From NCBI GenBank assembly GCA_050302175.1, contig JBNLAN010000016.1, positions 6,957 through 70,956 on the forward strand: DNA of 64,000 nucleotides, written 5' to 3'. Source of the DNA: Mariprofundaceae bacterium (GTDB lineage: Bacteria > Pseudomonadota > Zetaproteobacteria > Mariprofundales > Mariprofundaceae). This document shows positions 40,806 through 50,443 of this stretch, one piece after another (positions within the stretch are counted from its first letter, which is position 1; each line of letters opens with the position of its first letter). Position numbers and translations under genes: made by a program. The notes under the pieces are model-generated. The model had not been told where the DNA came from and made no database searches. It saw only the letters and a list, made by a program, of their open reading frames with translations.

Positions 40806-42053
40806 CTACTCGGAGCGCAATGCGTCAGCGGGCGGAATCCCCGCTGCCCGCCACGCAGGATAAAAAGTCGCCACAATGCCTACAGCCAGACTGGCCACAA
40901 TAATCACCCCCACAGAAAACGGATCCACACTGGATGGAACATGGTCGATATAGTAAACATCTCCCGACATAAATGTCACCCCTGTAACCTGCTCAATCCA
41001 TGCCACGATAACATCCAGCTTCCAAGCAACAAGCAAGCCAACGGCAGCTCCACAAAAGGTTCCCAGGCCAGTAAGTAAGCCCCCCATCAAAAGAAAAATT
41101 CGCATCACCGAAGCATGCGTGGCGCCAACCGTTTTCAGGATAGCTATCTCCTTACGGCGCTCCATAACCACCATAACCAGCGAAGCGACCATATTGAATA
41201 CGGCCACCAGCACGATCAGGGAGAGAATCACTCCCATGCCCACACGCTCCATCTGCAGAGCTTTAAAGAAAGAGCGATGCCTCCGCATCCAGTCGGAAAC
41301 CCATGCGTCCGCAGGCAGATTAACCCGGGCGATCTGTACCACCTCATGGGCCATATTGCGATCCTGCAAATGCACTTCAATTCCTGTGATGCGATCGCCC
41401 AGTCGATTCAGGCGCTGCACCCCTGCAAGCGTCGAGACAATAAGCCCGACATCATATTCGTAGAACCCGGAATCGAAGATACCGATCACCTCGAAACTGC
41501 GTGCACGCGGAGCCAGTCCGGATGGCGTGACCCCTCCCGACGGCGAAACAAGCTGAATGCGGTCTCCCACACCGACCCCGAGCTTTCGGGCCAGTTCCTT
41601 ACCGATCACTACCTGAAATATCGACCCGCCAACACCGGAGCTCTCCAGAAATTTACCTTGTACTATATGTCGGGGAATATTGATTTCGCGCCCGGGGTCC
41701 ACTCCCTTCAGAATCGCGCCAGTCGCTCTGGAGCCTGCCGAAGCCAGCACTTGCGAAGAGATATATGGCGTCACACTTTCCGCACCTGGAAGCCGCTCGG
41801 CAATATTTAACCATTCGCGCCAGTTCCCGATGGTGTCTCCGGAACCCTGAATATCGACATGTGAAGAAAATCCGAGAATGCGATCCTTGAGTTCGCGATC
41901 CACACCATACATCACCGACAGCACGATGATCAGGGCAGCCACACCGATCGCCACACCAATACCGGAACTCCAGCTAATCAGTGATACGAAACGCTCATCG
42001 GAACGGGAGCGAAGATAGCGCCGGGCCAGCATCCACTCATAGCTGTTCGACAT
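40806..42053 (-). CDS. lipoprotein-releasing system permease (LolC/LolE family)
   Basis: 415 aa starting ...ARRYLRSRSDERFVSLISW, with a MacB-like periplasmic domain and a C-terminal FtsX domain. Confidence 0.9.
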   Translation of the reverse strand: MSNSYEWMLARRYLRSRSDERFVSLISWSSGIGVAIGVAALIIVLSVMYGVDRELKDRILGFSSHVDIQGSGDTIGNWREWLNIAERLPGAESVTPYISSQVLASAGSRATGAILKGVDPGREINIPRHIVQGKFLESSGVGGSIFQVVIGKELARKLGVGVGDRIQLVSPSGGVTPSGLAPRARSFEVIGIFDSGFYEYDVGLIVSTLAGVQRLNRLGDRITGIEVHLQDRNMAHEVVQIARVNLPADAWVSDWMRRHRSFFKALQMERVGMGVILSLIVLVAVFNMVASLVMVVMERRKEIAILKTVGATHASVMRIFLLMGGLLTGLGTFCGAAVGLLVAWKLDVIVAWIEQVTGVTFMSGDVYYIDHVPSSVDPFSVGVIIVASLAVGIVATFYPAWRAAGIPPADALRSE

Positions 42054-42061
42054 ACCTTTCC

Positions 42062-43555
42062 TTATCTCCTTCCCGGCCTCTCTTTCGCCAGACTGAACTC
42101 AAAAAATCGCTCCAGCAAACGCGCATCGTCGAAATGCCGTCGCCCGATGAATGCCGTCGCATGATGCCCACGCTGCCGCATAATGCCAACACTGGGAATT
42201 CCAAAGCCAAAAAAAGGAATGCGCTCAGCTCGCTCACTGCCCGGAACAAGGCCATGCTGATCAAACAGTTTGCCTGCCTCCAGCGTCTTGTATGGCCTCA
42301 TACTGTATTGAAGTCTCCCAACAGAACCTTGCTGATTCCGGCGAGTGATGGCATCCAGTTTGATCGTGCGATGCCCCGCTGACTCATACCACACGACAAT
42401 ACGCTGCCGCGCCTTTTCTCCACTCAGCCAGTGCGGCACAAAAGCCGACTCGACCCCATTAACCACCTTTGCACTCTCAACCTTTCCCCCCACAGGAAAA
42501 AACATGTGGTAGCAGCCACAATTGTTCATCGTATCGAAAAAGAGAGGCTTTCCGTCATCATCCAGAGTTACCCTGAAGGTGAGCCCATCGAGTGCACCAG
42601 CAGTCATATCGATCCACGATTCCGGCATGCGCTGAGAAAACCAGACGACATAGTTAATCTGGAGTAATGCTCTATCTCCAACATAGGTATGGGAGAAATA
42701 TGTATAAACAACGGGCTCTTCACGAAATTCTCCCGCTCCTGCACCTGGAGTACCGAGCTTATCGTACGGTTCCCTGCTAACCGTTGCCCAAACAGGTGCA
42801 AAATAAGCTACCACTCCGCCTGTCTGTGAAGAGTCATCCGGCAACGGTATGTTCAATGCATTATTCGATATCCGTTTGAGCCAAAGCTGGACATCAGGCT
42901 CGGCCTGCACAGCAGGCGGCGTGAAGGCCATGCCGCCTTGCATCTCGAAAAGAGTGGGAAGGGTTTTCCCCATATCTCTAATCTCCTGCTGCCACCCATC
43001 GACACCAATCTGCACAGGAAAGTACAAAACCGGGTAAAGGCCAACCCAGGCTCGCCAAGTCTCATATTCATCGGGGATCATAATGTTTTGTCGTAATTGC
43101 TTAATCGCAGCATCATCCCATTGCATGGCAAGCTGTTTCGCATAGATGGAGGCCATCTGCTTAAGCTCTGCCCGGGATATGGCATTTGTGCCAGAAGAAA
43201 ATTCAGACACCGAATGATGCGGCAGACGCTCGATTTCCGCCTCAATACCTTCGAGCCCCATAGCGCGCACTTGAGAGAACCAGAGCCGCTGTTGCGCAGG
43301 TGTTTCTGCGAAATGCCCTGCTTCAACCCAGAAACGATCCATACGTAAGTAGGGATATCCGGGGATCTTCATGTTTGCGGCATTCGTAGCACCCGTTTTT
43401 TCGGCCTGAAGCTGCAACAGATCAAAAAAAGCTTTCGCCTCAATATGTGCCGGAGCAGTCAATTGAATCACCGGTTGTTTTGGCGCGCACCCAACCGTTA
43501 TTGCCACAATAAGCAAGAACGAAAGAATCATCGCGGGCCGCAAAAACCAGGTCAT
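42062..43555 (-). CDS. hypothetical lipoprotein
   Basis: 497 aa with a signal peptide plus lipobox (VAITVGC). No family recognised. Confidence 0.5.
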   Translation of the reverse strand: MTWFLRPAMILSFLLIVAITVGCAPKQPVIQLTAPAHIEAKAFFDLLQLQAEKTGATNAANMKIPGYPYLRMDRFWVEAGHFAETPAQQRLWFSQVRAMGLEGIEAEIERLPHHSVSEFSSGTNAISRAELKQMASIYAKQLAMQWDDAAIKQLRQNIMIPDEYETWRAWVGLYPVLYFPVQIGVDGWQQEIRDMGKTLPTLFEMQGGMAFTPPAVQAEPDVQLWLKRISNNALNIPLPDDSSQTGGVVAYFAPVWATVSREPYDKLGTPGAGAGEFREEPVVYTYFSHTYVGDRALLQINYVVWFSQRMPESWIDMTAGALDGLTFRVTLDDDGKPLFFDTMNNCGCYHMFFPVGGKVESAKVVNGVESAFVPHWLSGEKARQRIVVWYESAGHRTIKLDAITRRNQQGSVGRLQYSMRPYKTLEAGKLFDQHGLVPGSERAERIPFFGFGIPSVGIMRQRGHHATAFIGRRHFDDARLLERFFEFSLAKERPGRR

Positions 43556-43571
43556 GCGACTACTATAGTGC

Positions 43572-44921
43572 CTAATTCAGATATCGCACGTACAGGTAGA
43601 TGTGTGAGATCACGATGCTTATCAACATCAACAGGAAAGCGTGTTTCAGGAACTGAATAAAACCAATGGGGTGTCCGGCACGCTGGGCAAATCCGGCCAC
43701 AATCAGATTGGCCGAAGCACCGATCAGCGAACCATTACCGCCAAGGCAGGCCCCGAGCGCTAAAGCCCACCACAAAGGCTGAATCGCCGCCTCTCCGCCA
43801 AAAGTCGGCGCCATGTTTTCGATCAGTGGGATCATGGTGGCGACAAACGGAATATTATCGATTACGGCGGAAGCAATGGCAGAGACCCAAAGAATCGCTG
43901 CAGCCGTGGCGTTGAAATCCCCGCCGGTCAGCTGCAAGGTCTTTTCCGCCATCAACCCGATCACGCCAGTGTGCTCCACGCCGGTGACCACGATAAACAG
44001 GCCGACAAAGAAGAAGATCGTGGTCCACTCCACCTCGGCCATGATCTCTTCGTAGGCGTGATCTTTCTCCGGCAGCGACCGTCCCAGGGTCTGTAGCAAC
44101 AGCAACGCGGCTGCGCCGAACATGGCAATGCTCGCAGGTTCGAGGTGCAGCGCATGTGCAGCGGTAAAAGCGGCAATCACCAATCCCAGCACTGCGAGGC
44201 TCTTCTTGAGCAAAGGAACATCCTTGATCGCCTCGTTTTCGTTGAACTGCATCACAAGTTCCCTGGCCTCATCGGTCGCATGCAGTCCCTTGCCGAACAT
44301 GAACCAGATCACAACCAGAGTCAGCAGAAGGATCAACGGGATAATAGGAGCCAGATTGACCAGGAAATCGTAGAAACTAAGCCCCGCCTGCGAGCCGATC
44401 ATTATATTGGGCGGATCACCGATCAGCGTGGCAGTACCGCCGATATTCGATGCAAGTATCTGCGCAAAAAGATACGGATATGGCTTCACATTCAGCGCAT
44501 CGGTAATCAGCAAGGTCACCGGCGCAATCAGCAACACGGTGGTTACATTATCGAGAAAGGCTGAGAACACAGCCGTCACCACCGACAGCATCACCAGAAT
44601 ACCCCAGGGGTTCCCCTTCACCACCTTGGCGGATCTGATCGCAACATACTGGAACATGCCGGTTTTCTGACTGATTGCCACGATCACCATCATGCCGGTC
44701 AACAGGCCGATGGTATTGAAATCGATACCGGCCACGGCCTGCTGCTGGGTGACCACGCCACACAGAATCATCAGTCCGGCACCCAGCAGGGAGAGCACGG
44801 CACGGTTGAACTTCTCCATCATAATGATGGCGTAAACGAACAACAGAATGGTTACCGCAACCCATGCCGGATCGAGGCCGAAAATCACCTGTGCAAGATG
44901 CTCCGAGCCAGCGTTATGCAT
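43572..44921 (-). CDS. ArsB/NhaD-superfamily (CitMHS/SLC13-like) anion permease
   Basis: 449-aa polytopic protein with the duplicated-half pattern of this superfamily (GGTATLIGDPPNIMI / GNGSLIGASANLIV). Confidence 0.78.
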   Translation of the reverse strand: MHNAGSEHLAQVIFGLDPAWVAVTILLFVYAIIMMEKFNRAVLSLLGAGLMILCGVVTQQQAVAGIDFNTIGLLTGMMVIVAISQKTGMFQYVAIRSAKVVKGNPWGILVMLSVVTAVFSAFLDNVTTVLLIAPVTLLITDALNVKPYPYLFAQILASNIGGTATLIGDPPNIMIGSQAGLSFYDFLVNLAPIIPLILLLTLVVIWFMFGKGLHATDEARELVMQFNENEAIKDVPLLKKSLAVLGLVIAAFTAAHALHLEPASIAMFGAAALLLLQTLGRSLPEKDHAYEEIMAEVEWTTIFFFVGLFIVVTGVEHTGVIGLMAEKTLQLTGGDFNATAAAILWVSAIASAVIDNIPFVATMIPLIENMAPTFGGEAAIQPLWWALALGACLGGNGSLIGASANLIVAGFAQRAGHPIGFIQFLKHAFLLMLISIVISHIYLYVRYLN

Positions 44922-45387
44922 CGCATTCCTCGTCTTCAGCCAGCAATTTCAGTCGAAACAGGATATCGGAGGCGGAGATCACCCCGCACAGGCGGTTGTC
45001 GTCGTCGACCACGATCACACAGTCGTAGCGATCCTCCGTGAATAGTGCCGCAGCCACCGAAAGCAGCGAATCGTCAGGGTGCACCAATGTCGGGCTCGGC
45101 TCCATGACGTCGCGAACCTTGCATTCGCGCAGCTGGCAGAATTTCTGCTTGAATACCCCGATATCGGGTGCGTAGGAGACCCCGTCCAGATCGCCGCTGG
45201 CGATATATTTCGGCACGATCCGCCCGAGCAGCGACAGGCTGTTGATCATGCCCGCCACCTTACCATCGCTGTCGACAACCGGAATCATCCTGACTCCGCC
45301 CTCCTTCATCAGGGGAATCACCTTGGCGGCTTCGTCGTCAGGAAGTACCGTCAGCACCTCCGTGGTCATGATCTGTTCGGCTAACAT
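44914..45387 (-). CDS. CBS-domain pair protein
   Basis: Two CBS motifs. ATG 45387 is preceded by AAGGAG. It overlaps the start of the downstream permease by 8 nt. Confidence 0.8.
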   Translation of the reverse strand: MLAEQIMTTEVLTVLPDDEAAKVIPLMKEGGVRMIPVVDSDGKVAGMINSLSLLGRIVPKYIASGDLDGVSYAPDIGVFKQKFCQLRECKVRDVMEPSPTLVHPDDSLLSVAAALFTEDRYDCVIVVDDDNRLCGVISASDILFRLKLLAEDEECDA

Positions 45388-45437
45388 TGCGACTCCTTGA
45401 CGGCACATTGATTACTCAATGGCGATTGCTCAACGGC

Positions 45438-46961
45438 CTATTCCGGCCTCATATGCGGAAACAGTAGCACATCCCTGATCGAATGCTGGCCCGTCAGCAT
45501 CATTACCAGACGATCCACACCGATGCCAACACCCGCGGTCGGCGCCATGCCATATTCGAGCGCCCGCAGATAATCCTCATCCAGCGGCGGTGCTTCGAGA
45601 TCACCGGCCTGCTTGGCCTGCACCTGAGCCACAAAACGGCCGCGCTGATCGTCGGGGTCATTCAGCTCGGAAAAGCCATTCGCGATCTCCTTGCCTGCCA
45701 CAATCAGTTCGAAGCGGTCGGTCACGCTGGGCTCTTCCGGATTGCGACGCGCCAGCGGCGATACATCCACCGGATAGTGCGTAATAAAGGTTGGGTCAGT
45801 GATATGCTGCTCCACCAGATGCTCGAACAAGGCCACCAGATAGTGTCCTGCTTTCCAGGTGATTAAAGGTTTAAAGTCCGGCATCTCCTGCAGGCATACG
45901 GTCGCCAGCAGCGCCTTGTCGGTGGCATGCCCTTTAAGATCGGGGCGCTTCTCGAATACCGCCTCATCCAGCCGTACGCGCTTGAACGGCTTGGAGAGAT
46001 CGATCGACACGCCATCCCATTCGGTTTCTGTAATGCCCAATTCATCTGCTGCGCGGCGAATCAGCGATTCGGTAGTATCCATGGCCATGCGGTAATCGGC
46101 ATAGGCCTGATAAAACTCCACCATGGTAAATTCAGGGTTATGCGTCGCATCCAGCCCTTCATTACGGAAATTGCGGTTAATCTCGAACACCTTCTCAAAG
46201 CCACCGACAACCAGCCGCTTGAGATACAACTCCGGAGCGATGCGCAGGAAGAGCTCCATATCCAGCGCATTGTGGTGCGTGGTGAACGGGCGAGCCGCAG
46301 CGCCACCGGCTTGCGTTTGCAGCATCGGTGTCTCCACTTCCATAAAGCCCAGCTCTTCGAAATTACGACGCAGCGACGAAACAACCCTGGAGCGAACGCG
46401 GAAAACTTCGCGCGACTCCGGGCTCACCATCAGATCGACATAGCGCTGGCGATAGCGGGTCTCTTTATCGGAGAGCCCATGCCACTTCTCAGGTAACGGG
46501 CGCAGGCACTTGGTCACCAGCTCGACTGAAGAAGTTTTCACGGAAAGCTCGCCAGTCTTGGTGCGGAATAATACGCCCCTGGCGCCGACAATATCGCCAA
46601 GGTCCCACTTCTTGGTCGGGTTGTAGACCTCTTCACCCAAGGCATCACGATTAAGAAAGAGCTGAATACGCCCTTCGCCATCCTGAATCTGCACAAAGCT
46701 CGATTTGCCCATCACACGGTGCGCCATAACGCGCCCGGCCACGGCAACCGGCACCTGTTCCTGCTCCAGCCATTCGGCATCGCGCTCAAAATAGCGATCG
46801 GCGATCAGTGCACTGCTGGTATCGGGGCGGAATGTATTCGGATAGGCGAAGCCCTCCGCACGGAGGGCCTCCAGTTTACCTTTGCGAACGCGAACCTGTT
46901 CGCTCTCGTCCTGTTGAGGAGCCGGAGCTGCCTCAGGCTTTGCACTATTTTTTTCGCTCAT
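45438..46961 (-). CDS. lysS: lysine--tRNA ligase (class II)
   Basis: 507 aa with an OB anticodon-binding domain and a class II core (FRNEG, GIGVDRLVM). Confidence 0.95.
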   Translation of the reverse strand: MSEKNSAKPEAAPAPQQDESEQVRVRKGKLEALRAEGFAYPNTFRPDTSSALIADRYFERDAEWLEQEQVPVAVAGRVMAHRVMGKSSFVQIQDGEGRIQLFLNRDALGEEVYNPTKKWDLGDIVGARGVLFRTKTGELSVKTSSVELVTKCLRPLPEKWHGLSDKETRYRQRYVDLMVSPESREVFRVRSRVVSSLRRNFEELGFMEVETPMLQTQAGGAAARPFTTHHNALDMELFLRIAPELYLKRLVVGGFEKVFEINRNFRNEGLDATHNPEFTMVEFYQAYADYRMAMDTTESLIRRAADELGITETEWDGVSIDLSKPFKRVRLDEAVFEKRPDLKGHATDKALLATVCLQEMPDFKPLITWKAGHYLVALFEHLVEQHITDPTFITHYPVDVSPLARRNPEEPSVTDRFELIVAGKEIANGFSELNDPDDQRGRFVAQVQAKQAGDLEAPPLDEDYLRALEYGMAPTAGVGIGVDRLVMMLTGQHSIRDVLLFPHMRPE

Positions 46962-46977
46962 GCCTCGAATCTATAAA

Positions 46978-47406
46978 TCAGGCGCGGCTGTGCAAATCGA
47001 GATCGGCAAAGAAGAAGTTGATTTCGATCGCTGCATTTTCCGGTGAGTCGGAGCCGTGTACGGCGTTGGCATCGATGGAGTCGGCATGATCGGCACGGAT
47101 GGTGCCCGCTTCGGCTTCCTTCGGATTGGTGGCGCCCATCAGCTGGCGATTCAGGTTCACGGCGTTCATGCCTTCCAGCACCATCGCCAGGATCGGGCCG
47201 GAGCTCATGAACGAGCAGAGGTCGTTGTAGAACGGACGCTCCTTGTGAACCTCATAAAAACGTCCTGCTTCGGCAGCGGAAAGATGCGACATGCGAGTGG
47301 CGATAATCGAAAGGCCGTTCTCCTCGAAACGGCGAATGATGTCACCGATGACGTTTTTCTTTACTGCGTCCGGTTTGATAATTGAAAGCGTACGTTGAAC
47401 AGCCAT
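46978..47406 (-). CDS. ndk: nucleoside-diphosphate kinase
   Basis: 142 aa with [15 protein letters not shown] and NAVHGSDS (active-site His). Confidence 0.96.
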   Translation of the reverse strand: MAVQRTLSIIKPDAVKKNVIGDIIRRFEENGLSIIATRMSHLSAAEAGRFYEVHKERPFYNDLCSFMSSGPILAMVLEGMNAVNLNRQLMGATNPKEAEAGTIRADHADSIDANAVHGSDSPENAAIEINFFFADLDLHSRA

Positions 47407-47428
47407 GAAAATCCCCTCTTAGCTTAAG

Positions 47429-47450
47429 AAAAAAGCGCATAAACTGCGCT
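47429..47450 (-). terminator. possible weak terminator/attenuator between mnmA and ndk
   Basis: On the minus strand, agcgca-gttta-tgcgct is followed by TTTTTT. The stem is only 6 bp and the element lies 23 nt from the ndk ATG, so it may be only a partial terminator. Confidence 0.35.
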
Positions 47451-47525
47451 GTGTTAAAATTGTCGCGGCACTATAGTCCAGCCCTACCGAACTTCCAAGC
47501 ACTTCGGGCAAAAAAGGAATCGAAC

Positions 47526-48647
47526 CTATGTTACCCCAACTTCCTCGGCCTGAAATACCCGCTCGATGATGCCGCCGCCGAGCAGTTCGTCTCCGGCATA
47601 AAAAGCCGCCACCTGCCCCGGCGCAGTGGGCGGTTGCGATTTACTAAAGCTCACACGCAGCCTGCCATCCTCCCGCGAAAATTCGCAGGCGGCAGGCTTC
47701 GAGGCATAACGCAGTTTGGCTTCCACAGGTTCGCCCGCGGCAGGCTCGCGTATCCAGCTCAGTTCGCCAACCGTCACCCCGGCAATCATCGCTTCGTCCG
47801 GGTGCGCCACCACCACCTCGGCTTTGTCGCCATTTAGCGCCACCACATTCCATGGCCCGCCGGAAAGCCCCAGCCCCTTTCGCTGCCCGAGCGTATAGTG
47901 CGCAATGCCTGCGTGCCGACCGAGGATGCGGCCTTCTCGATCCACGATATTGCCGGGCACGAAGCCCGCCTTCGCCCCTTCCCGTTGCAAAAAGGCGATG
48001 CGGTCGCCCGCCGGGATAAAGCAGATATCCTGGCTCTCGTGCTTGGCGGCAGTCGGCAAAGCGAACCTCTTCGCCAGTTCGCGGGTTTCATTTTTCTCCA
48101 GGTGCCCCACAGGAAAGATAATGCGTGCCGCCTGCTCGCGGTTGATGGTGGCAAGGAAATAGCTCTGGTCCTTCACCGGGTCGTTGCCTTTGAAGATATG
48201 CACACCGGATTCGTTGTCGCTGCGCTGCACGTAGTGGCCGGTCGCCACGTATTTGGCTCCCAGTTCGTCGGCGGCTTCGAGCAGTGCGCCGAATTTCACG
48301 AAACGATTGCAGCGCTCGCAGGGGTTGGGCGTGCGCCCGCTTTCGTAGTCGGCGATGAACGGGTCGATCACATCGCGCCGGAATGCTTCGCGCATGTCCA
48401 TGCTGTAAAATGGAATCCCAATGGTATCGGCCACGCGGCGGGCGTCGTAGGAGTCTTCCAGCGAGCAACAGCTGCCGTGGCCTTCCACATCATCGCGCGA
48501 GTAGTCCCATACGTTCAGGAACACGCCGACCACGTCCGCGCCCGCCTCTTTCAGCATCGCCGCCATCACCGAGGAGTCCACGCCGCCGCTCATGGCAGCA
48601 ATCACGCGCACACCCCTCAATGCCGATAAATCACCCTGCCTGATCAT
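47526..48647 (-). CDS. mnmA: tRNA 2-thiouridine(34) synthase
   Basis: 373 aa with the PP-loop AMSGGVDSSV and catalytic Cys blocks (NPCERCN, SQDICF). Confidence 0.95.
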   Translation of the reverse strand: MIRQGDLSALRGVRVIAAMSGGVDSSVMAAMLKEAGADVVGVFLNVWDYSRDDVEGHGSCCSLEDSYDARRVADTIGIPFYSMDMREAFRRDVIDPFIADYESGRTPNPCERCNRFVKFGALLEAADELGAKYVATGHYVQRSDNESGVHIFKGNDPVKDQSYFLATINREQAARIIFPVGHLEKNETRELAKRFALPTAAKHESQDICFIPAGDRIAFLQREGAKAGFVPGNIVDREGRILGRHAGIAHYTLGQRKGLGLSGGPWNVVALNGDKAEVVVAHPDEAMIAGVTVGELSWIREPAAGEPVEAKLRYASKPAACEFSREDGRLRVSFSKSQPPTAPGQVAAFYAGDELLGGGIIERVFQAEEVGVT

Positions 48648-48728
48648 GCGCCGGATTATGCATAGATGGATTCATGCATGCACCCGGCAATCACAAGAAA
48701 TAGTATACTGTCCCCGATTTTCCCTCAT

Positions 48729-48783
48729 CATTAAGTCAAACTACCAATACCGATTCAACATTCAAGACCTGACCCCTTCTACA
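48729..48783 (+). repeat. 55-bp repeat, copy 1
   Basis: cattaagtcaaactaccaataccgattcaacattcaagacctgaccccttctaca matches 50389-50443 at 54 of 55 positions, in the same orientation. Confidence 0.9.
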
Positions 48784-48788
48784 CTTAA

Positions 48789-49142
48789 TTACTTGTCTGA
48801 CACAGAACGTTCGGATGAAATGGCTTCATTACGCTTAATTTCATCCACAGAAAGAAGCGAAATACTTCTGTAGAGCGTGATCAAAAGAAGAATATATGAG
48901 ACAAAAAATGCCAGCACGCCAAGAAGGAATAATTGCAATATAGACTCGGCACTAGTGTAAAATCTAAAAAGTAATAAATTGACGTTCAAGCATAGAAAAA
49001 AAAATAATGCAAAGTCTCTTGTATTCATAGACCTAGAAATCACCCTGTTACATGACTTGCATAAAACTCCTTTATTACTGTAAAGCAGTGGAAGATAATC
49101 CCGAATAGTTATCTTTGAATCACAATTTGGACAGTTTTTCAT
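48789..49142 (-). CDS. small zinc-ribbon membrane protein (hypothetical)
   Basis: MKNCPNC...CKSC followed by two TM helices. ATG 49142 overlaps the stop of the upstream ORF (ATGA). Very AT-rich. Confidence 0.45.
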   Translation of the reverse strand: MKNCPNCDSKITIRDYLPLLYSNKGVLCKSCNRVISRSMNTRDFALFFFLCLNVNLLLFRFYTSAESILQLFLLGVLAFFVSYILLLITLYRSISLLSVDEIKRNEAISSERSVSDK

Positions 49143-49573
49143 TTCTTCCCCCAGCAAACCGTTGAGAGCTTTAATAGTTGGCTAAATAGAATTACCCAAA
49201 AAATAGCAAGAACCGCCGCAGCACATGCCATGGCAGCAACGTTTGGAAAAAACAATATAGGTATCAGGGCAGATAGGAACAACATTGGAAGTACCACGGT
49301 CAATACAATTTCAGGCCAGTTATCACAATTCATTGAGCTGAGAACATCACTGGAAAGGAGAATCACTGTTGCAATCATGGATAGAATTATGGCTAGTTCA
49401 AAATATATCGACGGTATTAATAATACGAATCCAATGAAAAAAAGGAGGCCTGCTATCCAACCGCAATTCTCACAACCTCCACCATTCAATCCACAGCTTC
49501 CTCCACCATTTAGTCCACCAACCAGCCGATATTGAATTATACTCATGGGGTCAGGTCTTGAATATTGAATCAT
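49139..49573 (-). CDS. small Gly-rich N-terminus / 4-TM membrane protein (hypothetical)
   Basis: ATG 49573 is preceded by GGGAGGGG and overlaps the transposase stop (ATGA). GLNGGG is repeated twice, followed by four hydrophobic helices. ATG 49546 is an alternative start. Confidence 0.45.
   Translation of the reverse strand: MIQYSRPDPMSIIQYRLVGGLNGGGSCGLNGGGCENCGWIAGLLFFIGFVLLIPSIYFELAIILSMIATVILLSSDVLSSMNCDNWPEIVLTVVLPMLFLSALIPILFFPNVAAMACAAAVLAIFWVILFSQLLKLSTVCWGKK
49547..49571 (-). repeat. inverted 25-bp copy of the repeat core
   Basis: ggggtcaggtcttgaatattgaatc is the reverse complement of 48752-48776 with one mismatch. Confidence 0.85.
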
Positions 49574-50391
49574 CGCCCCTCCCACGCCTTGATCACCTTA
49601 CTCACCAGAGAATAATGAACCCCTGCATAATCGGCTATCTCACGCATGCTATAACCCTGACCCCTGTACGCCTCGCTCATCCATGCTCCCCGCTCATGCT
49701 CCTCATTCACCAGGTCTTCAAGGCTCCGCCGTGCAATATGTTTCTGCATTCTCGGTACTTCAGACCCTGCCTTCACTTTCTTTTGCGCACCCTCACGAAA
49801 CTCATCGCTTCCCAGAACATTCGATCCCGCCGATCCCAGCAAAGGTGCATCCGTCAGCGGAGCATCAGCTACATACTCCCTATAACGTTTTCGACTGCCT
49901 CCAAACTGTTCCAACACCCAATCCACACTATCGAACTTGCGTGCCTTTTCCGTGCCAGCCGTAGCCCGATAGCTGCTCCAACGCCACGCCTCAACATCCT
50001 TGACCATGCCAGCCGCAACAGGGTTACGCACAATGTAACGGCAAAGCGACAACAGATGGGCATCTTTCTCCACCAAAATGGCCTTGTAGCGACCCTGAAA
50101 AACATGCCCGACCCTTGAGTACTTCCGGTTGAACCGCTGCGTATATACCCCATTCAACTGGCGCATTCCCTGACTCAAATTACCTTTGGGGGTTTCGATC
50201 ATCAGATGGTAATGGTTCGTCATCAGGCACCAGGCATGGCAAACCCAACCCAACCGATCTATCACAAGAGTCAGCACTTCAAGAAACATCTCCCTGTCTT
50301 CATCAGACACGTAAATGTCCTCTCTCCCATCCCCTCGGGCTGTCACATGATAAACAGCACCCGGATATTCAATTCGCAACGGTCTCGCCAT
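49570..50391 (-). CDS. IS200-like Y1 tyrosine transposase (REP-associated/RAYT-like) with C-terminal HTH
   Basis: 273 aa with the YHVTARG start block, HUH motif in NHYHLMIE and catalytic-Tyr block LCRYIVRNPV. The C-terminal HTH-like block is YSMREIADYAGVHYSLVSKVIK. Its GC content is higher than that of the surrounding island. Confidence 0.85.
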   Translation of the reverse strand: MARPLRIEYPGAVYHVTARGDGREDIYVSDEDREMFLEVLTLVIDRLGWVCHAWCLMTNHYHLMIETPKGNLSQGMRQLNGVYTQRFNRKYSRVGHVFQGRYKAILVEKDAHLLSLCRYIVRNPVAAGMVKDVEAWRWSSYRATAGTEKARKFDSVDWVLEQFGGSRKRYREYVADAPLTDAPLLGSAGSNVLGSDEFREGAQKKVKAGSEVPRMQKHIARRSLEDLVNEEHERGAWMSEAYRGQGYSMREIADYAGVHYSLVSKVIKAWEGR

Positions 50392-50443
50392 TAAGTCAAA
50401 CTACCAATACCGATTCAACATTCAAGACCTGACCCTTTCTACA
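50389..50443 (+). repeat. 55-bp repeat, copy 2 (includes the transposase start codon)
   Basis: See copy 1. It is followed by a 12-bp tandem duplication ctttctacatcg x2 (50435-50458) and a degenerate core copy ttcaacctgaccccttc (50474-50490). Confidence 0.9.

Larger units (their letters stand above)
49547..50436 (-). mobile_element. IS200-like Y1 (HUH) transposase / RAYT-type unit bracketed by inverted 24-25-bp repeats
   Basis: The transposase gene 49570-50391 is flanked by the repeat core in inverted orientation (49547-49571 and 50412-50436). Confidence 0.65.

Noticed and set aside
47898-48629. 243-aa plus-strand ORF. The same class includes 12403-13134, 41115-41810, 5336-5953, 21492-22127, 55036-55650, 45927-46496 and 31274-31849.
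   Set aside because: All are antisense shadows of confidently assigned genes (mnmA, pgpA/cinA, lolC, aspS, the kinase, the permeases, lysS, serS).
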